DNA from: Ylistrum balloti
Taxonomy: Eukaryota
NCBI RefSeq assembly: GCF_031769215.1
Contig: NW_026782006.1
Location: 992,001 to 1,056,000 of the forward strand
Direction: 5' to 3'
Length of the DNA stretch: 64,000 nucleotides
Part shown: one piece after another, positions 27,001 through 39,000 of the stretch
Layout: each line of letters opens with the position of its first letter
Position numbering within the stretch: position 1 is the stretch's first letter
Notes under the pieces: model-generated
Databases searched by the model: none
Seen by the model: only the letters and a program-made list of their open reading frames with translations
What the model was told of the DNA's origin: nothing
Program-made: the position numbers and the translations under genes

Positions 27001-30000
27001 TTCCTGTATCATATCAAAATAGCTCTGGACATGTACGTTATACTCTCTCATGTAAGATCCAACACTGTAGTAAGAATTTTCTTGTTCCTTTCCTATAATT
27101 CCAATGATATTTTCCATGTACTCCACAAACCTTATTCTGGCGGGCTCCATGACATTTGAAAACTCACTTTTACGTTGAATTAGAAATTCAAACATTCGAG
27201 GATGAAGAGAGTACAGGATGTTTCTGTCACTGTCTCCCAAACCTGGAGGTCTTTCTTGTGTTGTGTTCCGCTCCAAGTTTCCCTCTGTCTGAACAGTCAT
27301 ATCGTGGATTTCAATGAGATGACGGCTTTTCAAGTGGAATAGATTCATCTTTGTATTAAGAACTGGTGAATATGGAGCATTGTCTTCCTTCAGAACGGCA
27401 TCGGCTGCATCAATGTCAAAGGATGAGGTCTTGAACAAAGTAAGCTGCATCAGAATGTTCTTCATGTTTTCGTCAAGTCTATCATAACTCTCCTGGAGGC
27501 ATTTCTCCATTCTGTCCATGTTGATTACTCTATTTTTTCTCAGATGATTAATAATTTCAACTGGTTTCACCTGTCTACAGCAGCTTCTCAGAATACTACA
27601 TATTGTTCGTAAAGCTAGAGGAATGCCATCAGTCAGTGTAACAAGACTGTCGCATTCTGCTTCTGAGACTAAGTCCTGAAGAGACATGAATTAAGTGCAT
27701 TTTACTGTCAACCGTACTAAACTGAGCACATTTCAGTCCTTACCTTTACATGCAAATTAATTCAAATCAGAATAAGTATCAAATTGGTGTTAAAGGCAAC
27801 ACTTATTTACTGGATAACATCTTTTATTTGTTACTTAATATGCTCAACAAAAAAGAAACGCTCAAAGTCCCCCTGCAGTTCACCTTAGCTGGAAGGAAAT
27901 ACTGAAATATTTGGTCAGATATTACATCAAGAATTATCACCCTTCTCATCATTCTACCCTTGAATCATCCAAGCATGACGATGTCATTGTCTGATTTAAT
28001 GAGCTACCTAAGTCCAAATCACGCGGCGTGATCAAACCAAGCCTAATTGGTTTTTCAAACGAATAATTTCAACGGATACTCTAAGTTCAGCCACGTTGGC
28101 ATTTTGATTTCTCCATTGACCGAAATGCTATGCTTAACGCAAATTCAGAAGGGTAGCACAACTGCGATGTTGATGGATGGTCATAGCCAAACTGCTGTCG
28201 CACGGTAGTTTGGCAATACCCCGTGTACAATTAACCGTCTATACACTTTTCCATGCTACTGGGTTAGTTTCCCATCGTCACAGGAGTGGTCTTCCGCGTG
28301 TAACGACCGCACGACAAGAGAGGACGATTCGATTGCCGCATTTGCACAACAGATTCAGAACTGCTATAGAGACTGTGTCGCGTACCTAAGGTACTCATGG
28401 CATACTTATTAGTGCTCAAACTTCCAGGAACCGCTTGAGTGCCGATATAATCATTGCGTGCTGACCTTATGTCAGGTCACCTCTGACTCCACGGAGGCGG
28501 CAAGTGCGTCTTGACTGAATGCGCAGATATGACCCGAATAGGGTTTGGATGCGTCGGTGGAGGCGTGTGATGTTCACTGACGAGTCTAGATACTGTCTGT
28601 ATCGGTCAGACGGAAGAAAAAAAAGCATATCGCAGACGCGTTGAGCGTGTTGCCGACGCATGCGTGGTTGAACGCGATGTATTCGGTGGGGCTTCTGTAA
28701 TGGCAAGTGTTGCATATTGCCAGATTCTGACGTACTTTACTCATGGCAACTACGTTCAGCCTCTAGAATTGCCCCAAAATAACCCCGACATGTCTCCCAT
28801 CGAGCATCTGTGGGGTGATCTGGACAGGCGTAGTAGGAAACGTCCAGTTGATCGCAGCATTAACACAAGAATGGAACAAAATTCCCTTGAGGCGAATTAA
28901 TGTTCTCATGAATTCAATACATAAGAGACTCCGTGTAGAGAATCGTGTCTCCACACCTGGTACTTAATTGTCATTTTGTTTTTTGCGGATATCCCACTTT
29001 GAGTAACTACTGACGACACGAGCGACGTCACACAGACTTTTCTTCTGCAATATTGTAAATAGTAGACTTGTCCCTTCATATATTTTAATTGTGCGTTTCT
29101 TTTTTGGTTGAGTATATTTTTATGCGATTGTGCTCTACACAGACAGCTACCAAACATCAAATCAAGTTTATGAATAAATTTAATACGTTAAAATTGTGTT
29201 GAATATTTATTACATTTTCAAGCTTTCTAGACTTTTTCTTCAATTTCTCACAATGTTTTGATAACCATTTTGGAATATCTAATAACATATTTGATTATAT
29301 AAAGAAACGAACGTTCAAGCTATAAGGGCAGTGAAATATCTTGCTGATGAAGTCATTCATCGTGCCCAAATTGTCTTTATACCTTGGGAGTACACTTTCT
29401 GATTAGCTCCTTTGCGGGATGCCTGTCTAACGGTCCAACTTCCAAATTACGTATTAAATCCCTCATGTGAGGCATTGTTCTTTCGAAGATGTCACGCAGG
29501 TTTACACGGTTTGTAACGATGATACGGACCTGTCAAAAGAATAACACCAGTGGACTATGATCCCACTCATCCTTATATTATCAACACCAACGAACTATGA
29601 AACAAGCCAGAGCTATTACTTAAGGAGGGTTGTCAATAACACTATATGTTGGCACGAAAATGGCCCAGAATCGTGAATAGAAATGACATAGGGTTGTGAG
29701 CAACACCAAAGCACTTCCCTGAAATGACATTAGACAGTGAGAAACACAATACCTGCTCCCGGTAATGATACATGTTTGATAGCAAAACTAGACATGTTCC
29801 CAAAAATACCACGATCATTCGAGGAACCTAGCGCAAACGTTAAAAATCATCTCAGGCGGATTTTCAACAGTACCAAAAAACTGTAAATAAAGGTGGATAT
29901 TTAGGGTTTAAAAATGAAATGCTTTAATGAAATCAACCCAAGGACAGAAAACAATTCAGGAAAAAAACCAAATAAGTGACAGGTAACTTTGTTGTAACAT

Positions 30001-33000
30001 GAAGAATTTTAACAAAACTTTAGAAATGAACCGACAGTTAGGATCAAATATGGCGGAATCCCTATGGTGTTTTTCTGAGAAGTGTCTTTCTTTTGAGAAA
30101 GACGGACAGATCCACAATACCGCATGGAATTCCCCTTCCTGACTTCACATTGGACATTTTAAAAACCCATCCGAATAGGCTTGACATAGAACACCACAGA
30201 GGTAAGAATTAAAACCAAACCTTTGAACAGCAAGGTGCTGATACAACTGGCTATGTAATGCGCCTTACGCTTTAGAGGCAAATTAGTGAACTGTGACCAG
30301 GGGGATCGCTTTGGTATAATTGAAGTCATTTCACTCAAAACCCCTATCCTCCGAAAGTTTCAAATGGGAAAATGAACAATGGTATTTTATAAGGGATAAA
30401 TTGTGTCACAAAACAAAGACATATCCGATAAGAAATTCAAAATGCGTACAAGAAGGTCACACATTCTTGGAATGTCCAAAAGATTGGAAGTGTTGGGTCT
30501 GTGGGGATACTGAACACGAACAAACGGACAGTAAGTTCATTTAACAAGTCTACACTCCATTCTCAAACCTGATAATACAAGCAAGTGCGCTAACACGAGA
30601 GACGCAGTCAACGTTGACGAGGTAAACACAGTCGTACCAGGACAGGACGACAAATTATTCAACATATTATGAACCTAACGACAACATGACGAAAAGCGTA
30701 CTCAAGGACAACCTGTCGACAAAATAGCTGGTTAGCGACATGCTCGTTGCATTTTGACCAGACGCAAAGACCAAGATATGCCATTCATCAATAAAACATT
30801 GCGACCGTAATGAACTCCTGATATACTACTTCCACCCCAGTAAGACGAACGGTATCTACCAACACCTTACGAAGACTTCATGAAAATAAAAAAAATACAT
30901 GACAAATGAACGACAAACACAGGTGTCTTAACAAGAATTCACAAACAAGGCAATATCTTATCGAAGAAAAAGTACCAATACTAATGTCACCGAGGTCTTC
31001 GAAACAAGTGTTTGAATGGTAGTTTCTGAGAAAACAACAGCAGAGGTGTAACAATAATCAGGAACACACTCATCAATGTGATTTACAGAAGGAAATCATT
31101 GATGGAAAAGGAAGTTGCATTTTATTTCACGGTGACATTAATGATATACTCTTTTTTATCGTGAATGTGTATGCGATAAATTGCGAGCAAACTGGAAACT
31201 TTTTTTACAACAAACAAAAGCAAATAATATCCAATAAAGTAGGTTTTTACTTGTCGGAGATTTTCAGAGAAATCATCACGAAAGTACAGTATACGTGGCG
31301 ACGTAACAAAAAGCCAGCAGAATTGATTAATTCTGAGTAAGTAATGATACAATTAACATGGTCAAAAGTGTAGTTTTCAACAGATCTCAAGCTGTATATC
31401 TTAAATTAGAAAGATAGATAGAGGTCCTGGTATATGGAATATAAACACAAGTGCAAAATGAAGGATATAAGGTACTAATTAGTAGTGATTTAATTGAGAA
31501 ATATTTCTATGTGCGATCGATATGAAGTTGGACGTGTTTGATACTCGTAAATTTGCCTTTTGGTTCTGTTGTTGAATGATTTGTATACATGACGCTTACT
31601 TTCCCGGAACACCTGGACTTACTCTACTTTTTTTATCTTCTATGTTTATGTTGACATGTTGGTATTTTCTTCGTCTCCTTGTTTTTTGTTATTGTTGTTT
31701 TTTATCTTAGGTTGTACAAAAACACACAAGTGAAAAACACCTTTCCATAATCTAGAGTGAGACACAGCAGAGCCAAACACTGAATTAAACTGCATCATAC
31801 AGCTGTTTCGTCTTTCTAGGACTCTTCAGTGATGTTAAGAGCATAAATTTGAAGCCTAGAAGACGATTAAGGAAAATCAAAAGTGATCAAAAGAAAAGTA
31901 AAAATCTAGACGGGAATGTGCAGCAGCCCCATAATTAGAAAAATTTCGTAATTTTGATACATCAGATAAATTTAGAATATAGTCAAGTACATGTTTTGCT
32001 CTGAACCGTGTCACTATTCGAGTGAATTTAAACGTGGCATGAAGGTTACGTCAAACATCGAGAACTACAGCTAAAGATATTTGCGTTTTTATAAACAGTG
32101 TCAGTAATCAACATATTCATGTATCAAACAAAATACCAAGCTAAAGATGGCTTATCTGCAAATTGCTGCTCTCACGTGTGTAAATGGTACCCTCTTTTTA
32201 AAACCGAAAGTACTGAATGTATACATAATTTGGAAGACGGACAATTTACCCGCATCATGGTTGAAAGTGTAGCGGTATGTGAGTGTGAATAATTTCTGTA
32301 TAGTGATTGTATAATCACGAGTTTTTAATGAACATACATTAAATTTACTTTTTATAATTAGAAAAATATTTTGGTACATAATTAAAGGTAATAAGGCACT
32401 GAATCAATCAGGACAAAGATACAGTGATTTGCTTTCCATCTAGACAACATGTGCAGTATCTAACACCAGAAAGAGGGTGAATAGAAGTGGGAGATAAACC
32501 CGTGTTATCATGAGAATAGTATGCGTATGTTATTATACAAATATGTTTGAACAAAACTTTGATAACACAAGTTCAAATCTACTAGCACATACAATCAACT
32601 TATGATGAAACGGCTCTACGCATAGTTCGTGCTCTGAAGTATGTCCTTTTTCTTGTCACTTTTAGTATAAATTTTATCTATGTATGAAGAAGAATTGATA
32701 TGTATCTTAATTAACATTCACCATACTAACAAAAGAAATGAACACATGTTTAGAAATACTGTAAAATCATAAAAGATCATAATGAAGATTAGAAATGTGC
32801 AATACGTGTAAGGCGTTCCATTGGTATTCTGAACACTCTGTACATTACAGTTGTTAACCTCATGTTATTGTATTTGTCCATTATATTGAAATGACCATTA
32901 TAAGCCATTTATAAAACGCCAAATTCGGTGTACAAACACCGACAGTGAATTGCATCAAATGAGTATCCATATATTTCATTAGCTTATCAATAACATATTA

Positions 33001-35740
33001 CACAGGTCTGTAAATGTAATACGCTTGAATCTTAATACTTACATAGCTGTGCGGTACATGTTTAAGGACAAAAGGGTTCACAAAGTATTAACATTTACAT
33101 CATTCTGATGGTAAAAGGAAATGTCAAATAATCTTACCTTACAAGTATCTCGTAACTTCTCCAATATCTTTTGGACGAATTGTAGAAACTGATTTTCATT
33201 TTTGTGAATGATATCGTCCACATTATCCAGCATGACAATTGTTCCTGTAGAGATAACAATGGTGTTAAATAGGTATAATGATTAACGATATCTGAACACC
33301 CATTTCACTTATCGTCTTGATCGATTTCACTATTATCATTAATATTGAACTGCACTATACCTTTGTTTCGTTCTTCTAGGACTCGCCAGTAATATTAAGG
33401 ACATCCATTTTAAAGACGATTGAGGAAACTCCAAAGTGATCGAAAGAACATTCAAACTCTTGACGGGGAGGTGCACTAGCCCCATGATTCCAGAAATTTC
33501 GCAATTTTCATGTATCTGATAATAACTTAATAACAATGTCTAGTATATGTGTGCATTCTGAATCATGTGACTATTGAATTAATTAAAATGTAGCATGCAG
33601 GTTACAGCAAACCGAAGTAACGTATATATGATCCCGAATAGAAAACCAAAAAATATTTTATTAGATTTAAGGAGGATATAATAGTGTGAACAAATTAAAA
33701 TAAATCTAAATAACAAATGATTTGTTTAAAAGAGTTGGGGAAATATTGAAATGTTCTTTGACGTCAGATAGTTGCACGTAACGCTTGACAACGAAATTTT
33801 GAATTTACGTGGTATTTCAACATCTCGTGCTTTTTTTCTTTGGTAATCGCTTACAGATCTGCTTTATACACCAAATTAGAGATAACCAAATAGGCACATG
33901 AAAAATATTTGTTAGAAAACCAGCTTAGTTAACCTTTGCCTCGTTTGCGACAGAACAGCAAAACATACCAACTTCAATGCAGTGACCAAAAACATCGCTC
34001 TGATTGGCCAAAACTAAAAAAGGTGATATCATTGCTAGAAAAGTGTTATCATATACGATATCTTATATCTTAAATGAAATTGATAGATTCCTATATTTCA
34101 TTAGCAAAAATTAAACCTGATAAATATATTGTGGTGTTTTATAATTAAAACAAAATAAACAAAAAAATGACACGAACATCTTCTGACAAAGAATTTTTCT
34201 GCCATGTTTTGAAATATGATTATTTATATTATTCATATCGTTATAAATATAGGTAAACACTTTGACACATCTGATAATACTTACTGCGAGTGATTTTACT
34301 AAGGTGGTCTAAAATGTTGGCTTGCATCTTGCTGTCCTTGGTATCCTTAAGACTGTTTAATAGGTCATCGGATGACATGCCGTCGTCTTTCAATTGGAGC
34401 TCCAAGACAATGTCCTTCAACAAATCCCCCATAGAATCTTTCTCTCTGTAATAAAATGCAAGAAAATGGTGATAAAGTTGGGAATACATAGAAGGCTTTA
34501 ATAAGTTTCTATATAAATGTTATATGTTTGCATTCATTTAAAATTGTTTGTGTAAGATATTCTCGATTCAATCACAGATTGTCTCAACAATGCCGTAATG
34601 TCTTAATTAAGTTATTTTTCTGACGTGAGATTTCATACCACATCAGAATTTATTTTGATCAAAATATAATCTATTAAACAATGGGTTAGTTTACCTTAGA
34701 TCAATTTTGATAACCTGCCAGTGCTTTTTAGAAGACCATAGTCTACGACAAATTTCATTGCCAATAGCAGTCTTTCCTATGCCTCCGGCGCCCGAAATGC
34801 TCACAGCTGTAAATAAGATCAAATAAAACATTACGTATGAGTTTTTAAAAAAGTTATGATTTCTACGTCACTGAAAAACTTTCTAATTATAAATAAGTGA
34901 TACTCAAATGAACGCTTTACACTCTGGTCTGAACAGTAAAAAGTGTATGGCCCTTCAATTTAAATCATTTATGTATGTGATTAAAATGTTGATCATGAAA
35001 AGAGCGTTAAATACGTACGTTTACGGAATTAGCCAGATATCAATTATCACTTTTCCAATTAATCTCTAATGATGCAACCAGCCAGACAAAATATTAGCAC
35101 TGAAACTTTTAAAACGTGTTTCAATTTTGAGGTGGGGGTATCGATGCAGGAGGTCACTAATTAAGCATATCAAATTAACTATAATTACTAAACATTATGC
35201 TATAACTTTGATTACTTATTAAAGATATCATTCTACCTTTGAATACTAATTTAACATTATACACTAGATATAATAATTAGTTATAGTACTCCAACCGGAA
35301 GAACTCTTCTTACCAGGAACGGTGCTTTCGATGAAATCCTTGATTTGATTTTCCCGTCCAACGAAGTTTACATCAAATATGTCCATCTGCATACATCTTC
35401 GTTTGTGTTCCACAAACTTCGTTTTGTACTTTTTTAACATATCCGCTACTCTGTTACGGCCTAGGTCACGATGCCAGTTTTGAAAATCTGTCACATTGAT
35501 CAGAAAATCAAGCATGTCTTCTTCTCCGAAATTATTCTTCAGAATTTGGAAATAATGGGTCGCATTTTGTATATTGTTTTTGGACAACCCGCCGAGTGAA
35601 GTCCTCGACAGATTGATAATCTCGTCAAATGTCAAGTCATCGCCATCCAAATCTGAGATGAGATCATTTACAATCACATCAAAGGGATCTAACCTAGTTT
35701 GATCTCCAAACGCAATACGGTCATCTTTTGTGTAAGCCAT
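15092..35740 (-). CDS. NLR/STAND protein: DED-like death fold + NB-ARC + TPR repeats + Ser/acidic tail, 9 coding exons, ~1131 aa
   Basis: Exons 35314-35740, 34695-34806, 34285-34445, 33138-33244, 29383-29529, 26067-27675, 24007-24185, 21853-22291 and 15092-15306. All junctions are GT-AG and phase-compatible, 3396 nt in total. Motifs in order: FVGRE, Walker A GAGGIGKT, Walker B IVMLDNVDD, sensor-1 IIVTNR, LEVGPL, GIPLAL, YSLHP (MHD position), then TPR-like helices (LANVFNDLG, ALRNRSILYLQLKRYEEAKADAKKSLE). Confidence 0.92.
15835..21826. repeat. ~6-kb 42-bp minisatellite (CAGTATGGACAGATGTCTAGATATAAAACAACACTGACTTGT) filling the last NLR intron
   Basis: About 140 tandem copies. Source of all the MSRYKTTLTCQYGQ ORFs. 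Confidence 0.98.
22495..23960. repeat. 42-44-bp minisatellite (ATGACCTACAACTATAGGATGGTGTCGACTCTCCTGATGTGTCT) in NLR intron 7
   Basis: Tandem copies. Confidence 0.97.
24606..25760 (+). mobile_element. Cluster of Helentron-associated/HINE-like repeat fragments
   Basis: AACAAGAG-type start, ACGG/GACG tetranucleotide tails and GC-rich terminal hairpins (ccccctcc...gggcggggg). Family assignment is from memory of bivalve repeats. Confidence 0.5.
27841..29114 (+). mobile_element. Near full-length decayed Tc1 transposon in NLR intron 5
   Basis: TIRs TGCTCAACAAAAAAGAAACGC and its reverse complement GCGTTTCTTTTTTGGTTGAGTA, flanked by TA. Frameshifted transposase pieces: PRVTTARQERTIR, VMFTDESRYCL, FGGASVM, PDMSPIEHLW. 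Confidence 0.9.
29640..31130 (+). mobile_element. Decayed L1/Tx1-type ORF1 (gag-like zinc knuckles) remnant
   Basis: 30440-30530 translates to C..EGHTFLECPKDWKCWVCGDTEH, two degenerate CCHC knuckles. Flanks are broken by stops. Boundaries are approximate. Confidence 0.5.
31793..31834 (-). ncRNA. Minimal type I hammerhead ribozyme (Penelope-type)
   Basis: Minus strand reads CATCA-CTGAAGA-GTC(CTAGAAA)GAC-GAAA-CAGCTG-TA-TGATG. It has a complete catalytic core, stem I CATCA/TGATG, stem II GTC/GAC, a palindromic stem III and a GUA cleavage triplet. Confidence 0.85.
32099..32292 (+). CDS. Orphan terminal exon with cystine-knot-like Cys spacing
   Basis: Acceptor ttgcgtttttataaacag, then phase-1 frame SVINIFMYQTKYQAKDGLSANCCSHVCKWYPLFKTESTECIHNLEDGQFTRIMVESVAVCECE*. 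ATTAAA about 47 nt after the stop. Upstream exon not found. Confidence 0.4.
33350..33615 (-). mobile_element. Second, diverged copy of the ~270-bp hammerhead-bearing element with a degenerate ribozyme
   Basis: Aligns by eye along its length to 31790-32060. The core reads CTGGCGA...GAAA and stem III has lost its palindrome. Confidence 0.75.
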
Positions 35741-36045
35741 TGTGGTCAGATTCAGCTCGGCTCTGTAGGTATTTCTCTTTGCCCCAGAGGTGGATTCATA
35801 TATTTTGACAAACGTCTATATCTGGACCAAGAACTATGGAATATCCATCTACCAAGAAAATAAAAAAACAGGCAGGTAATGACAGCTCTGATATATACAA
35901 TGAGATTTTGTCCCTTATCACGGGCCTTCGGCGTCCATCGGCCGAAAGGATTATCGAGACACCAAAATTTACACCACTTTTTTCGATTTTAGTTTATAAC
36001 TTTGTATTTATTTGATGTTCTATGTGAAAATATGACAATGGCAGT

Positions 36046-39000
36046 GGCCCCCTCCAGGGGGACTCAGGAGGTGGGGTGAGGGCTCCTGGAAAAATTTGTA
36101 AACAAAGAAGCCTGTCGGTGCTAACATGGCTTAATTAAATGACCATGAATAACACAATGTTTAATTGTTGTTAGAAACAAGAAATAAAAGTGGGTGGCTA
36201 AAAGGCATCGTCCCATTCAGAATCTTCTTCATCGCTGACAGTGTCCTCTTACCTTTCCTTCATTTCATGGTCAAGGTTTAGCCGTTGCACAGCCACCCTC
36301 ACCTGGGACACAGGCTCACCAAGACTGCCAGATACAACAGCTGGGTCAGTTTGTATCCCGGAGTCCTGGACCTCGGTCAGAAGTTCCTTATCAATCATGG
36401 CATATGAAATATCACGTTTGGGAGGTGGTTTATAACTTTCTATTTATTTGATGTTCTATGTGAAAACTTGACAATTCGCTTGTCCGTACTGTCGATATTA
36501 CTTCAGCCATCATATATCTATTCCAGTAACACGCATCCAAAGAACAATTGTTTGTTAGGATCCAGTACGGATATTAGACCATAACCGTTAATATTACTTA
36601 CCAGGTTTCATATATGTATATCACTCATACTTATCATTGCAGTCCCATTATCTCTACTTTAATCTACTAATCAAACCTCACCTTCCAAGGTTCTGTGATC
36701 ACATTGGCCTGAATGAATATGACATTTCTCCTTTTTACGTAGTTTACATGTTTATAACATCCTCGGTAAGTGTAGGACTAGACGCTTTCGTAGAATTCTG
36801 ATCATTCAGTTTTTATGCAAAGGGGGTTTAATCTGCATTCGGTAAAAATGATATCCGATCTTATTGACACATTTTATGGTCTTTACTTGTTCTTTAAACG
36901 TTAAGCGATGAAAAAAATTGTTTACAGACCGACGATAGACTACGGACGTAAGGCGACTGTCCAGCATTTGAACTTGGGCTGAAAAAGATTACATATCAAA
37001 GGATGTTCTCAAAAAGATCGCGGTTTTTCTTTTAACACCCTCGACTGTATATGTTAAACGTAGTTACCTTATATATTTCTGACTACTATTTTTATCATGA
37101 ATTGTAGGTAACAATATTGTATATATATATACAGTCTACATATCAGGTGATTTCCTAGGTAAATACAGTCTACATACCAGGTGCTTTCCCAGATAAGTAC
37201 ATTCTACATACCAGTTGATTCCCCAGGTAAGTACCATAATCATACCATTTGATTCCCTAGGTAAGTACCATAATCATACCAGGTGATTTCCCAGGTAAGA
37301 ACAGTCTACATACCAGGTGCTTTCCCAGATAAGTACAGTCTACATACCAGATGATTTCCCAGGTATGTACAGCCTACATACCAAATGATTTACCAGGTAA
37401 GTACCGTCTACATACACAGGTGATTTTCAGGTAAGTACAGCCTACATAACAGGTGATTTCCCAGGTAAGTACAGCCTACATACCAAATAATTTCCCAGGT
37501 GTTAGTAAATTACAATAATGTCTATATGACATGCCTCGAGAGCGTTGCTCGAAACTATCACTGATACATGTTTACCTGCAAATCAACCTCCGACATCAAG
37601 GCCTTCCCGTTTTGACTACGGCTATTGGGTCTCCTAGAGAGACTTCTTCAGCAATTATTCAGGCTACAGCTCCGACAAGCACCTATACATTACAAGCCAA
37701 TAGATGAAGTTTCAGACTGGGTCCCCTACCTGTTTGTTCTGTCACGAACTATAAAATAGAGAACATTTCCTTCTATACTGTCCGAAACGGGAACGCAAAC
37801 ATGAAAAACATCTACCACAAATACTTTTAAACACCAGATATATACTATGAGTGTAGCTACTGATCCTGAAGTCGACAAGATTGTACCTTCCCGATAGTGC
37901 AAGAATTGTATAATCCAAGTGAAAACGACACGAGCAAAATCGAAAGAATCAGCCTATTTCTGGAATATTACCTTCATCTGCAAAGATCAAGTTTGATGGT
38001 CTCCAAATTGAAGCTAACCACTTCAGTGTACTATAACAAATGTCAGTTACTATTATGAGTCCAAGTAGGGGATATGTTGATTTAATGTAACTTCCTCTTC
38101 TAACATACAATTTGTATGACTGCGCATTTAATCTTTCCGTGATGTGCGCAGCGTTGACGTGTGCATCAATTAATTTTCATGCGTTAATGTGCATTACCCA
38201 TTTCTAAACTGGGGTACAAATCCAGTTTTAAGTTTCAGCTAAATTATGACGACCGACACAAAAAATTGAAAAAATGAGCTGCACTTACATATTTATCTGC
38301 TTACATCCCAGTATGTAGGAATAACACTTTAAAAAATTGATAGAACTTCAATATCCAGGGCGTTGGATTGCAAGGTCAAGACACAAATGAGACAGGATAT
38401 ACAAAAATCCACCAATCATTTGACGAAATCCAAAAAAAAAGACACGCACTTCAACAATAACGGTAACACACAGATGTGTATGTGTATCGTTATATAACAG
38501 TGATGTTTATGTATCCAGGGTTTTCTATAAATATTTTAATAATAGGCTGTAAAATGGAGTAGGAGTCTGGCGAAGCCAGCCGACTGAGCCGTAACGCGGC
38601 GAGGCGGGGATGGTTTGAGGAGGGGGCACTGGCCCCCTCCAGGGGGACTCAGGAGGTGGGGTAAGGGCTCCTGGAAAAAATTGTAAACAAAGAAGCCTGT
38701 CGGTGCTAACATGGCTTAATTAAATGACCATGAATAACACAATGTTTAAAAGGCATCGTCCCATTCAGAATCTTCTTCATCGCTGACAGTGTCCTCTTAC
38801 CTTTCCTTCATTTCATGGTCAAGGTTTAGCCGTTGCACAGCCACCCTCACCTGGGACACAGGCTCACCAAGACCGCCAGATACAACAGCTGGGTCAGTTT
38901 GTATCCCAGAGTCCTGGACCTCGGTCAGAAGTGCCTTATCAATCATGGCATATGAAATATCACGTTTGGGAGGTGGTTTATAACTTTCTATTTATTTTGA

